32,000 bases of DNA from Acaryochloris thomasi RCC1774 (GCF_003231495.1 NZ_PQWO01000016.1:30001-62000); one strand, 5' to 3'. Positions 18,637-28,445 are shown, counted from the first letter of the stretch. Program-made: numbers and translations. Notes: generated by a model from the letters alone, not told the origin.

Positions 18637-19557
18637 TCACACTGCTGCCATTAAAGCCCCTGGAGCAGCAGGATTAGGGTCCAAAGTTCCGTGGCTAGTA
18701 GCATGCTCAAGCATCACAATGCTACTGCCCTCCGTCATGGCTTGCCAGGATTGGGGGGCAAACCAGCGCAAACAAGGCGCTAAAACTTTGAGTTGCCCAT
18801 GCAGGCGCTGGAATTGACGAGCCGCAGTCCATAAAGATCGCAGCTCAGAGACTTCCCAGCCTAAGGCTTGGAAAAACTTCGTCCCCTGTTCTGGAGCAAA
18901 TTTGAAGGCGGGACGCCCCTGATTAAAGTAATCGCGGTAAATCTTGCCCTCGTTTGATTGCTGCCACTGCTGCAGAAAGAGAGGGGGTAATAATTCGAAT
19001 AGCCACCAGCGAAGATTGCACTGACGCTGCAGATCCTCTGCAAGCTGCGTGACTTGTGCCTCAGAGAGATACCCCAACAGTCCCTCTGTGATGACCAGTG
19101 TTTGCTTGGCTGTCGCGTTCACTTGGTCAAGCAACTCCTGCCTAAAACGGGTATTCACTAAGTCTAAGCTGACTCTCTGTAAGCGGCACTGCGGTCGATG
19201 AAGCTGTAATTTTCGTTCTTTCTCAGCCATCAAGTCCGGAAGATCGACCTCTACCCAATTCAATGATGGGGGTAAAGGTAGGCGGTAAGGCCGGGTATCT
19301 AAGCCTGCTCCCAAATTTAAGACAAGATTGACTTCACCCGTCCCGACAAGCTTCAGAATCAGATCGTCCATAACTCGCGTGCGAATTGCGATCGCATCTC
19401 TATTCCGTTCCTGATCTCCGAGAATATAGGTGAGCTGCTGCCCCCGATTCCCTAACAAGAGTCGTGCGAAAGGATCATGGAATAAAGCATCTGAACGCTC
19501 AGATTCCAACGCTCGATGCAGAGCCACGAGATACGCCGTTTCCGAAATTTTGTCCAC
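18637..19557 (-). CDS. class I SAM-dependent methyltransferase (LCM / TIGR00027-like O-methyltransferase family)
   Basis: ETAYLVALHRALESER...FHDPFARLLLG and the SAM-binding VLNLGAGLDTRPYRL. GTG start at 19557 with an in-frame stop immediately upstream. Confidence 0.75.
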   Translation of the reverse strand: MDKISETAYLVALHRALESERSDALFHDPFARLLLGNRGQQLTYILGDQERNRDAIAIRTRVMDDLILKLVGTGEVNLVLNLGAGLDTRPYRLPLPPSLNWVEVDLPDLMAEKERKLQLHRPQCRLQRVSLDLVNTRFRQELLDQVNATAKQTLVITEGLLGYLSEAQVTQLAEDLQRQCNLRWWLFELLPPLFLQQWQQSNEGKIYRDYFNQGRPAFKFAPEQGTKFFQALGWEVSELRSLWTAARQFQRLHGQLKVLAPCLRWFAPQSWQAMTEGSSIVMLEHATSHGTLDPNPAAPGALMAAV

Positions 19558-19626
19558 AACCCTCTACAGAATCTATTCATTCAGCATAGGCAAGAACTAT
19601 CAAGAACTTGATGAGAATAAGGGGAT

Positions 19627-19646
19627 AATTAGTAGAAATTAGTAGA
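19627..19646. repeat. perfect tandem direct repeat (AATTAGTAGA x2) upstream of the methyltransferase gene
   Basis: Two adjacent identical 10-mers lie 70-90 nt upstream of the GTG start at 19557 (minus strand), in a 210-bp AT-rich spacer. Confidence 0.6.
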
Positions 19647-19767
19647 CTAAAAAAGATTGAAAAAGCTCAATTGATGTCAACTGATTCTTAGATGAGAGAG
19701 AAGAAAAGACACCGCTGCCATCGTCCTTTGAGATGCACCGATGCCCTGACATCAACGCATCAAGCTA

Positions 19768-20850
19768 TTAGGCATAATTCCATTTTTGAATAAAGAGCTG
19801 CCAGAGTCGATCCACTTTTGCGCGATCTTCTACATTCGGAGAGTAGCTATTTTTTTGATAGGCACCTAATTTTTGCAAATAGTCCTTAAAGTGCGGCTGA
19901 GCCTGTTCATAATCAGGCAGATTGAGGGTGTTATATATTTTTGCAAGCTGCCCCATCGGGTCACACTCAAGATCTTCAAACCGAATCTCGACAAAACTAT
20001 CGTGGGGGAGTTGCTCACTATCAGCCTCTAAAGCACCCATTAGCCGGGGATAGCTTTCTAGAATAAGCTGATCGATGGGCAGCTCATCGTGGGTTTGCAG
20101 AGTCAGCTCAGGCAGGAGCTTGGTAAAAAAGTGCCGCGTCGATTGAAAGACCGTATAGGGGTTGCGATAGATGTGGACAAATTTCGCCTGAGGCCAAATT
20201 TCGCGCAGTTTAGCAATATGCCCCACATAGACCGGATTCTTCATCAGGATGCGCTTTCCGCCCTGATGGACTGAGACCTTGCTTAGGAACTGAACGTGGC
20301 GCTGTTTCCAAAGCTCAATCTCCTGTTCGCTGCAACCTTCGAAGTAAACGCCCCGCCGAAAGTGATATTCAAACCGCCTCGGGAAATAGAGACTGTGATA
20401 GTAAGACAGCGGCAGCATACTCGCCAGCGCAATCGAGTCTTCTTGCGGAGAGTTTGGCGTGACAGCCACATTATCAACGTAGCGATCTTCCGGCAGTGCC
20501 TTTTCCAGCAGTGGTTCAAAGGCGCGCACAATCCCCAAGATGTCCCAGGGCAGACCCGTTGCCAGCGGAGAAATATAGCCAAAAGTCGGGTCTTGGCTCA
20601 TCAGATTGTGCAGATGGGTGGTGCCCGAGCGCCAGTATCCCACAATAAATATTGGCGACTCTATCGGAGGGCGAGGGTTGATCGCTGAGACCAGTCGTTC
20701 TGTAGTGGTGATCGGCCAGCGCAGGAGCGTAAACCCCAGCGCAAAGGCAGCGTGAGGCAGGTACTTGGGCGCAATGGGGCCATTCTGAGTCAGGAGCTGC
20801 GAAAGCGTGTTCAGATTACTCCCGCACAGGGGATGAAAAAGGCTGGTCAT
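19768..20850 (-). CDS. sulfotransferase family protein (PAPS-dependent)
   Basis: ATG start. 5'-PSB loop VGYWRSGTTHLHNLM and 3'-PB-like IYRNPYTVFQSTRHF. Confidence 0.8.
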   Translation of the reverse strand: MTSLFHPLCGSNLNTLSQLLTQNGPIAPKYLPHAAFALGFTLLRWPITTTERLVSAINPRPPIESPIFIVGYWRSGTTHLHNLMSQDPTFGYISPLATGLPWDILGIVRAFEPLLEKALPEDRYVDNVAVTPNSPQEDSIALASMLPLSYYHSLYFPRRFEYHFRRGVYFEGCSEQEIELWKQRHVQFLSKVSVHQGGKRILMKNPVYVGHIAKLREIWPQAKFVHIYRNPYTVFQSTRHFFTKLLPELTLQTHDELPIDQLILESYPRLMGALEADSEQLPHDSFVEIRFEDLECDPMGQLAKIYNTLNLPDYEQAQPHFKDYLQKLGAYQKNSYSPNVEDRAKVDRLWQLFIQKWNYA

Positions 20851-20897
20851 AGTCAGGAAGACGCTCGCTTGAGGGAACTGTGCCGAGATAAGGGCAG

Positions 20898-22286
20898 CTA
20901 ACGAGCCGTCGTTTTCATCGATACGGCCTTAGTTGCTAGGGACTTTCCAAATTCCCAGGCGGCACCCGGTACGCGGTGGGCGTCAGCGACAACGTCGGTG
21001 ACCGCTTCTTTGATCCAGTTGCGATCGCACTGATTCAAAGTCAAGGGTGGGATAAATTTGACAATATTCATCCCGTGACCCGCCACCTGCGAGAGAATCC
21101 GGTGGCGCTGGAGCAACGGAACCGTGATCATTTGTGAGAACAGCCCTTTGTTAGCAGCCTCCATCATGTCCCAGGGCACCTTCAGAGAAAAGCTGCGAGG
21201 CCGTGCAAACTCAAGGGCAATCATCATTCCTTTGCCCCGCACTTCTTTCAGATACTCATATTGGCCCACCAACTGCGTTAGATCAGAGAGAATCTGATTG
21301 CCCACGGTCGCAGCATTCTCAACCAGATTTTCTTCTTCCAGTACCTCTAAAGTCACCAGCCCAGCGGCCATCGCCAAGTTGTTCTTACCAAAGGTATTGC
21401 CATGAACCACGGCGCGATCCATACGGTTGAAGACCTTATTGAAAATCCACTGACGGCAGGCCACCGCACCCACAGGGACGAAACCTGCAGACAGCGCCTT
21501 AGCCATACAAAGAATGTCAGGTTCAACCCCCCAATGATCCACCGCCCACATCTTGCCGGTCCGCCCCAGCCCCGTTTGGACTTCATCGGCAATCAGCAAC
21601 GTGCCGTACCGACGACAAAGCGCCGCCGCGTCAGGGAGGTAGTTTGCCTCCGGAATCCAGACGCCGTGGCCTTGAATCGGTTCAGTGATAAAGCCAGCAA
21701 CATCTTTACAACTCAATGCTTTTTCCAGAGCCACTAAATCACCAAAGGGCACCTCAATAAAGTCAGGAAGCATTTTGCCAAAGTCTTGACGATAATAATC
21801 ATCGCCCGTCGCTGACAAAGCCCCCAGCGTCAGACCGTGATATCCCCCTTTGCAGTAGACAATTTTGCTGCGCCCCGTGGCACACCGACTGAATTTGAGT
21901 GCAGCTTCAACCGTCTCCGTACCAGAGTTAGCAAAAAAGATGCGGTCTAGTCCCGCTGGTGTAATCTTCTGTAGCTGCTCTGCTAAAAGTCCCGACAGGA
22001 TGGAAACGTCAAGCTGCACCAGATTGGGGATCTCGGCCTGCATCACGTCCCGTAACACCTTGACCACCCGAGGATGATTTCGTCCGAGCGCAAAAACACC
22101 GAAGCCGCTGAGCAAGTCTAGATAGCGATCGCCCTTGTGATCAAAGAGGTAAGGGCCTACGGCTCTCTCATATTTACGGTCAAAGCCAATGGTTTGCAAA
22201 ACATTAACCATCTGGTTATTCAGATAGTTTTTATGTAGGTTAAAGTTCTCTTCTTGCCGCTGTTTTATGAGTTCGAGAATATCCAT
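20898..22286 (-). CDS. class-III (aspartate aminotransferase family) PLP-dependent aminotransferase
   Basis: ATG start. NSGTETVEAALK, LIADEVQTGLGRTGKMWA, and the Schiff-base lysine context CMAKALSAG. The substrate cannot be read from the sequence. Confidence 0.85.
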   Translation of the reverse strand: MDILELIKQRQEENFNLHKNYLNNQMVNVLQTIGFDRKYERAVGPYLFDHKGDRYLDLLSGFGVFALGRNHPRVVKVLRDVMQAEIPNLVQLDVSILSGLLAEQLQKITPAGLDRIFFANSGTETVEAALKFSRCATGRSKIVYCKGGYHGLTLGALSATGDDYYRQDFGKMLPDFIEVPFGDLVALEKALSCKDVAGFITEPIQGHGVWIPEANYLPDAAALCRRYGTLLIADEVQTGLGRTGKMWAVDHWGVEPDILCMAKALSAGFVPVGAVACRQWIFNKVFNRMDRAVVHGNTFGKNNLAMAAGLVTLEVLEEENLVENAATVGNQILSDLTQLVGQYEYLKEVRGKGMMIALEFARPRSFSLKVPWDMMEAANKGLFSQMITVPLLQRHRILSQVAGHGMNIVKFIPPLTLNQCDRNWIKEAVTDVVADAHRVPGAAWEFGKSLATKAVSMKTTAR

Positions 22287-22325
22287 TATTTAATTGATTG
22301 AGGGCCATCAAGTCTTGAAAATTAG

Positions 22326-22343
22326 TGAGACTTTGAAGTCTCA
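22326..22343. promoter_or_regulatory. candidate operator: perfect 7-4-7 palindrome in a divergent promoter region
   Basis: TGAGACT-ttga-AGTCTCA at 22326-22343, with a further GAGACT half-site at 22354-22359. It lies between the aminotransferase start (22286, minus) and the ABC exporter start (22506, plus). Confidence 0.35.
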
Positions 22344-22505
22344 AATAGAGCAGGAGACTCAGACATCAGCGCCAAAGACTTTAGTAGTGTACAGGAGATA
22401 TTGCCAAGCCTTGGATCAACTTAATCATCTATACAGCAACAAAACATGCGGCTCCAACGCCTCAGACGATGTGGTTGAATAGCAGCTATTGCTCTCGGCT
22501 AACCC

Positions 22506-24146
22506 ATGGCTCTTATCTCTTTCTTGCTTCGTTCGTCCTGGCGTATAGTTGCGATCGCACTTACAACCGGCTTTCTCAGCGGTGGTTGTAGTGCAGCGGT
22601 CATCGCCTTAGTCAGTCGAACGTTAGCAGAAGGGGGACAATCAACGGTTCTGGCCTGGAGCTTTGCCGGTTTTGCCCTGGTCGCACTAACCACCAGCATT
22701 GTTTCCCGAGTGGTGCTCGTTAAGTTATCCCAAGATGCAGTTTTTGCCCTGCAGTCTCGCCTGAGTCGCCAGATCTTAGCTACCCAACTTAATCATCTAG
22801 AGCGCATCGGATCGCCACGTCTGCTAGCGATTCTGACAGAAGATATTCAGACGCTCTCGACGGCGGTATCCGCCATTCCGGTGCTCTGCATTAACTTCGC
22901 CGTCGTTATTGGCTGTATGGTCTATATTTCTTGGTTGTCATGGCAGATCATGCTGATGGTACTGCTGCTCTCATTAATTGCAGGGATTAGCTGCAAAATT
23001 TTACTGAGTCGAGGCCGAGTCTATCTCATGCAGGCGCGTGAACAGCAAGACCAGCTCTTCCAGCATTTTCGCACCGTGATTGAGGGCGTCAAAGAGCTCA
23101 AGCTACATCACCGGCAGCGCCAGGACTTTCTCGGTCAAGATTTAGATGTGACGGCCAGCCAGTTTCGGCGCTCCAGTAGCTGGGGGTTCAGTCTATTTGC
23201 AACCCTAGATGGCTGGGGCAAGCTCATTTATTTTTTCGCCCTGGGCCTGATCCTGTTTGTCTTGCCCCACTTAATGGCGATCAATCCCCAGATGCGACTG
23301 GGCTATGTCCTGACGTTTACCTATCTGCTGGGTCCAATGGAGAGCGTCGTTGCCAAGCTCCCCTTTCTGAGCAAAGCCAGCGTTTCCCTTGGCAACATCG
23401 AAACCTTAGGACTCTCGCTCAGAGACCTAGAGGAGCTGGAGTCATCCCCGGCTGCAGCTACAGAATCATGGCAGAGCTTAAACCTAAAGGGAGTGACCTG
23501 CACCTATCCAGGAGAGAAAGATTCAGAGTTTACCCTAGGGCCGATTGATGTCACCCTTCAGCCTGGAGAACTCGTGTTTGTCGTTGGCGGCAACGGCAGC
23601 GGCAAGTCCACTTTACTCAAGCTGATGACCGGACTGTACACGCCCGTGCAGGGCCAGATCGCATTAGATGGCCAGTTGATTGATCGCCAGAACCGCGAGT
23701 GGTACCGGCAACACTTCTCCGTGATTTTTGCTGATTTCTACCTGTTCGACCGCCTGCTAGGGATAGCAGGAGATGAGCTTGATGCTAAGGCCCTGAAATA
23801 TCTGAGAGAACTTCAGCTTGATCATAAAGTAACGGTTGAGCAAGGTCGATTATCAACCACCGCTCTCTCTCAAGGACAACGAAAGCGAATGGCACTGCTA
23901 GCAACCCTCCTGGAAGATCGCCCCATCTATCTGTTTGATGAATGGGCCGCCGATCAGGATCCGGTTTTCAAAGAGATTTTTTACACTGAATTTTTGGCGG
24001 ACCTAAAAGCCAGGGGCAAAACCATAATCGCCATTAGTCATGACGATCACTATTTTCATCTAGCAGATCGGATCATCAAGCTTGATTTCGGCAAGATCGA
24101 GTACGACAAACAAGTCGTGCAAGAATTGGACACGCAGCAGGCATAA
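22506..24146 (+). CDS. cyclic-peptide-type export ABC transporter (SyrD/YojI family half-transporter, TMD-NBD)
   Basis: ATG start, 546 aa. The N-terminus MALISFLLRSSWR and six TM helices are followed by Walker A GGNGSGKSTLLK, signature LSQGQRKR and Walker B IYLFDEWAADQD. Size and architecture match TIGR01194-type transporters. Confidence 0.8.
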   Translation: MALISFLLRSSWRIVAIALTTGFLSGGCSAAVIALVSRTLAEGGQSTVLAWSFAGFALVALTTSIVSRVVLVKLSQDAVFALQSRLSRQILATQLNHLERIGSPRLLAILTEDIQTLSTAVSAIPVLCINFAVVIGCMVYISWLSWQIMLMVLLLSLIAGISCKILLSRGRVYLMQAREQQDQLFQHFRTVIEGVKELKLHHRQRQDFLGQDLDVTASQFRRSSSWGFSLFATLDGWGKLIYFFALGLILFVLPHLMAINPQMRLGYVLTFTYLLGPMESVVAKLPFLSKASVSLGNIETLGLSLRDLEELESSPAAATESWQSLNLKGVTCTYPGEKDSEFTLGPIDVTLQPGELVFVVGGNGSGKSTLLKLMTGLYTPVQGQIALDGQLIDRQNREWYRQHFSVIFADFYLFDRLLGIAGDELDAKALKYLRELQLDHKVTVEQGRLSTTALSQGQRKRMALLATLLEDRPIYLFDEWAADQDPVFKEIFYTEFLADLKARGKTIIAISHDDHYFHLADRIIKLDFGKIEYDKQVVQELDTQQA

Positions 24147-24198
24147 ATCATCACATGCAGCCTTGCAGCAAAATTGGAACTTCATTGCGAGATTCAGG

Positions 24199-24218
24199 TC
24201 TCAATAGATGAGATTTTT
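24199..24218 (+). terminator. possible intrinsic terminator after the ABC exporter gene
   Basis: TCTCA-ataga-TGAGA followed by TTTTT, 53 nt after the stop at 24146 and before the amidase start. The 5-bp stem is weak. Confidence 0.35.
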
Positions 24219-24241
24219 GGGACATTTGCTAAACGGGGACT

Positions 24242-25192
24242 ATGCAACCAAAATTATTTTTATTTCTTTCCGGCTTATCAACGGTGGCCTTGCTGACGAC
24301 TAATCTATCGATTCAAGCTCATCAGGCAATTCGCCGTCCAGCTTCACCGACGGCAAATCTGGTTGCGCAAGCGCCAGGGATTCCTGTTCGGGGATGCCTA
24401 ACCCGCCCCAAGCAAGCCCCTCCAGAGCCGAACTTAGAGACACAATTCATTCCAGGAACGCTAACGCTGGACCGTTTTCGTCAACAGCCAGCCCCGCCAT
24501 CGCTGTCAGCAGAAGCCACTCGCACCAATGCCCCTCAAGCAACACTGGACTATGTTGCCCAGCATCATCCTGTAGAAAGAATTGCGCTGGCCCATCCCAC
24601 AAATTTTGGTGAGCGGTATCTATTGGACTATCAGGGGCAACCGGCCTACCGAGAGCCCATTATCGTGCTGCATGAAACCGTGATCTCTGGTCCTGCAACC
24701 CTGAGGTTGTTTCAAACGAATCATCCCAAGAACTCTCAGCAGGCTAGCTACCATGCGCTGATTATGCGCGACGGCACAATTTACTACCTTGTGCCGCCGG
24801 ATAAACGGGCCTTTGGGGCTGGAACCTCCGTCTTTGCTAGTTCCAAAGGCGACGAAACCGTCAGCACGAATCCATCCCTGTCGGCCTCTGTCAATAATTT
24901 TGCCTACCACATTTCTTTTGTCAGCCCTCCAGACGGTCGCCGCAGTGGCCGATCTGGCCATAGTGGCTACACCAGTCCTCAGTATTACTCCCTCGCTTGG
25001 CTGGTCTCAAAGACTGGCGTACCCGAAGATCGAATCACCACCCATCGGGCCGTGGACCGGGCAGGTAATCGAAGTGATCCGAGAAGCTTTAATCGCGCTG
25101 GGTTTCTCTCGTTGCTACAGCTCTACCCCAAAACAAATGAAGTCAGGATTGGCTGTCCAGGTCAATCACCAGCACCGTCCTTGCAGCCATAA
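24242..25192 (+). CDS. secreted N-acetylmuramoyl-L-alanine amidase (Amidase_2/PGRP-like domain)
   Basis: Signal peptide MQPKLFLFLSGLSTVALLTTNLSIQA. Also IIVLHETV, YHALIMRDGTIYYLVP and ITTHRAVDRAGNRSDP. Confidence 0.65.
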   Translation: MQPKLFLFLSGLSTVALLTTNLSIQAHQAIRRPASPTANLVAQAPGIPVRGCLTRPKQAPPEPNLETQFIPGTLTLDRFRQQPAPPSLSAEATRTNAPQATLDYVAQHHPVERIALAHPTNFGERYLLDYQGQPAYREPIIVLHETVISGPATLRLFQTNHPKNSQQASYHALIMRDGTIYYLVPPDKRAFGAGTSVFASSKGDETVSTNPSLSASVNNFAYHISFVSPPDGRRSGRSGHSGYTSPQYYSLAWLVSKTGVPEDRITTHRAVDRAGNRSDPRSFNRAGFLSLLQLYPKTNEVRIGCPGQSPAPSLQP

Positions 25193-25272
25193 GTCTCAGT
25201 ATTCTGCATGGGTGTCGAGATTGAAGCTAGTGAATAGAACTCCCGCCTCTTGGAACCACTCACATCTGTCCC

Positions 25273-28233
25273 TTACTCAGAATCATTCCTGAGGGGCAAA
25301 AGGTCTTCCACCGGACGCACGATCGCATCAGCACTTTGATCTGAGGGGCTAAAGATGCCGTTGAGGGCCTGATCTAGTGTCTTGGCCATCACAATTTGGT
25401 TCTCATACACCACAATTACCCGGGCCAAAATGGGGACGCTGGTTTCTTCGGCTTCTAAATACAGCGGCTCCACGTACAGTAGTGAGTTATCAATGGGCAC
25501 AATCAGCAGATTTCCCTGGATGACCCCCGATCCTTGAGTATCCCAGAGTGAAATCTGCTGTGAAATAATCGGATCTTGGTTAATGAGCGCCTCAATCTGC
25601 TCAGGACCAAACACCAGCTCTCGCTTCGGAAACTGATAGAGCAGCCGCCGACCGTAACTGTCTCCATCTGAGCGAGCCGCCATCCAGGCAATCAGATTGT
25701 TGCGTCCGACCGGCGTAAAAGGCGACAGCAGAATAAATTCTTCGCTCTCAGCCTCAGGTAGCTTCATCGTCAAGTAGTAGGGCTGTACCTGCTGTGACTT
25801 TTCGCCGTAGATCTCATTGGGAATTCGCCACTGATCTTCGCGGTTGTAAAAAACCTGTGGGTCAGTCATGTGATAGGTCAGTAGGCTGTGAGACTGAGCC
25901 CGAAATAAATCAACGGGATAGCGAATATGGCTGCGCAAAGCCGGCGGCATGGTGCTGAAGGGCTGAAATAGTCCCGGAAAAACCTGTTGCCAAGTCCGCA
26001 GAATGGGATCGGTCTCATCAATGCTGTAGAGCGTTACGTTGCCGTTATAGGCATCCACAACCACCTTCACAGAGTTGCGAATGTAGTTGAACGACTCTTC
26101 TCCCGGATCGGAATAGGGGAAAAGATGGCTTGTTGTATAGGCATCAATCATCCAGTACAGCGTGCCGGGCTGTTGGACGGTATCGCTGGGCGGCATTCCG
26201 TTGGCTGCCACCAAGTACGGCTCTCGATCAAGCTGTAAGAAAGGCGCAATGGTTTGGACTCGAGATTCAAGTTGGCGGCGAAATAGAACGCGGGTTTCTG
26301 TTGTGAAGTTGCGGCTAAACAACATGCGCCAATCTCTTAGGTAGGCCGCGAAGATGCCCCGCCGCCAGTAGGAGCTCATGACGATGCCGCCGGAACCGTC
26401 GTACGTGTTGTAGACGTTATCGTTGCCGCTAGGATAGTCCAGCTCTTTGTTCTTTTCGCGGGTGCCGGTCATCACATAGTTACGGGTCAGCTCACCGTAG
26501 TAGATGCGGGGCCGATCGGTTGGGATACTTGCGCGAATTTCGTTGGTAGCGGTCTGCAGCGTTCCAGCGTCGGCTTCGGTGCCAATATCTTTAACAAAGT
26601 AGGTGGGCAAGCCGCTAGATTCTGCAATGTTGACCGGGCTCATGGTGAAGCCATAGCCGTGGGTATAGATGAGGTGTCGGTTGACCCAGGTTTGGGCTTT
26701 CTGCGGTACGGCACTGTAGTCTAACTCGCGGGCTGAAACAAGAACCTGACGTTTTTCCGTCGCTGTGGTCGAATTAGATTCTGCCTTGAGGGTGTAGCGA
26801 TCAATATCGGCATCGGGAAATTCGTAGTACAGACGAATGCGCTGCAGTTGGCGGTTGGCTTCTAGTAAGGGCCGCGTATCCCACAGCCGAATGTTGCGGA
26901 TGGTGATGTCATTCGCTTTCAGGCGTTCTGGGGTGAGCTTGGCGGTGGGGTTGAACGTTTTTGTCTCTACGCTGCCGAGATCAAAGGCTTCGCGGGTCAG
27001 GGCAATGCTTCGTTCAATGTAGGGCTGCTCTCGCCGTAGCTCATTGGGCTGCACAATGACGGACTGGACGATCTGAGGCAGGATAACGGCACCGAGCAGG
27101 ACGCTACCCATGTAGCAGCCCAGCATAATTAACAGACTGTAGCGGGGACGCGATTTGGTCCAGAAGCAGGTGCGCCAGGTTAGAAAAAGTGCGATCGCAA
27201 CTCCCCCCCAGCTCAGCAGTGTTCTCGCGGGTAAATCAACATGAGAATCAGTGAAACCGGCTCCGAACAATACGCCCTGAGTCGAATAGAGAAGCTGGAA
27301 TCGATCGAGCCACAGTCCCGCCGCCAGAGTAAACATTAGTCCCGCCGATAACCCATATAGATGTCGCTGCTGCGGCGGTGAAATCCCTGGCATTCCGCCT
27401 TGACTGAGGCTATTCCCAGAGAGCAGATAGATCAGCAGCACCCCCAGCAAACTCGTCAGCAAAGTGGCCGTTGCCCAGAACCGTAAGAGTTCAAAGACAG
27501 GCAAAGCGAAAATATAGAAAGCAATATCTCGGCCAAAAATCGGATCGACTTGATTGAAACTTGTAGCCTGGAAAGCCGCCAACACCTGGGTCCAGTGGCT
27601 AGAAAAAATCAATCCCATCCCCAGACTTAAGCCAACGCTGATGGCAGCGAAGAGCAAACTCGGATTGGCAATGAGCAATCCGGTGAAGCCTCCTATGCAT
27701 ACCCACTGCCACAGTACTGCTGTCCTCAGTAAAGCCACAAGAGAACTAACGGAAAGCTGCAGCAGCACCTGAGGCGGGGCAGCGGCAGACGACTGCCAAA
27801 ATTGGAACGCAGTTTGTCCAGTCTGCATTAAAACGCAGGCCATCAGCACACTCAAGCCAATAACCACAACCAGGTACCGGACCAGAGCCGGCAGAGTTGT
27901 CCGCTCGGCCGATAACATCACAGGTTCGCGGTACTGCCGTTGCCGAGCCTGTCGCAAATTGAAGACCAGAAGGCTAGCGGTCGCTCCCAGAGAAAAAATC
28001 CATAGTCCGACCCGAATCGTAATTTGACTTGCGAAAACTTGCTCATAGCCCAGCGCTGAGAACCACAGAGATTCCGCAATTAGATGGCAGAGAATATCCC
28101 CAGCCAAGATCATGCCAAGACAGAGTACGAGCACCCGAGCAAAGCCCTTCCAGAACGGAACTGACAAAGCATGATGGCCTATCGCTGTCCATCGATCACG
28201 GTCTAACGAGACCCGAGGTAATTTTCTAGTCAT
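25273..28233 (-). CDS. UPF0182 family large membrane protein
   Basis: ATG start, 986 aa. An N-terminal multi-TM region is followed by a large soluble part with YHMTDPQVFYNREDQW and LLIVPIDNSLLYVEPLYL, which are characteristic of UPF0182. Confidence 0.75.
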   Translation of the reverse strand: MTRKLPRVSLDRDRWTAIGHHALSVPFWKGFARVLVLCLGMILAGDILCHLIAESLWFSALGYEQVFASQITIRVGLWIFSLGATASLLVFNLRQARQRQYREPVMLSAERTTLPALVRYLVVVIGLSVLMACVLMQTGQTAFQFWQSSAAAPPQVLLQLSVSSLVALLRTAVLWQWVCIGGFTGLLIANPSLLFAAISVGLSLGMGLIFSSHWTQVLAAFQATSFNQVDPIFGRDIAFYIFALPVFELLRFWATATLLTSLLGVLLIYLLSGNSLSQGGMPGISPPQQRHLYGLSAGLMFTLAAGLWLDRFQLLYSTQGVLFGAGFTDSHVDLPARTLLSWGGVAIALFLTWRTCFWTKSRPRYSLLIMLGCYMGSVLLGAVILPQIVQSVIVQPNELRREQPYIERSIALTREAFDLGSVETKTFNPTAKLTPERLKANDITIRNIRLWDTRPLLEANRQLQRIRLYYEFPDADIDRYTLKAESNSTTATEKRQVLVSARELDYSAVPQKAQTWVNRHLIYTHGYGFTMSPVNIAESSGLPTYFVKDIGTEADAGTLQTATNEIRASIPTDRPRIYYGELTRNYVMTGTREKNKELDYPSGNDNVYNTYDGSGGIVMSSYWRRGIFAAYLRDWRMLFSRNFTTETRVLFRRQLESRVQTIAPFLQLDREPYLVAANGMPPSDTVQQPGTLYWMIDAYTTSHLFPYSDPGEESFNYIRNSVKVVVDAYNGNVTLYSIDETDPILRTWQQVFPGLFQPFSTMPPALRSHIRYPVDLFRAQSHSLLTYHMTDPQVFYNREDQWRIPNEIYGEKSQQVQPYYLTMKLPEAESEEFILLSPFTPVGRNNLIAWMAARSDGDSYGRRLLYQFPKRELVFGPEQIEALINQDPIISQQISLWDTQGSGVIQGNLLIVPIDNSLLYVEPLYLEAEETSVPILARVIVVYENQIVMAKTLDQALNGIFSPSDQSADAIVRPVEDLLPLRNDSE

Positions 28234-28445
28234 GAGCCTCTGACCCTATAAGCAAGTATGGAAATCGTTCGCAAATCCATTTTTCAAGAGAAATTTGACA
28301 GACTCTACCCTCTTTCTGCATCCTAAATGAGGATTCTATACACTGCGTCGTAAAATTTTTAGGTAGTGTTAGTCAATGCCTCTTATTATCTGAGTTAGGC
28401 TACCGCTAATTTCTAAATGTTTTGAGTAATTCATACAGGACTTTA

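Noticed and set aside
22294-22482. 62-codon ORF directly upstream of the cyclic-peptide-type ABC exporter, considered as a possible RiPP or microcin precursor (two Cys, Ser/Asn-rich C-terminus)
   Set aside because: It has no ATG start (only TTG or GTG options) and no Shine-Dalgarno sequence. It occupies the AT-rich region that must hold two divergent promoters and contains the palindromic operator candidate. No maturation enzyme is nearby. It cannot be excluded without conservation or ribosome-profiling data, but it is unsupported.
16006-27191. Long HIP1-free stretches (16006-19388 and 22551-27191) considered as evidence of horizontally acquired DNA
   Set aside because: With 21 sites in 32 kb (mean spacing about 1.5 kb), a gap of 3-5 kb is expected about once by chance under random placement. 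The 22.5-27.2 kb stretch encodes ordinary-looking genes with normal G+C.
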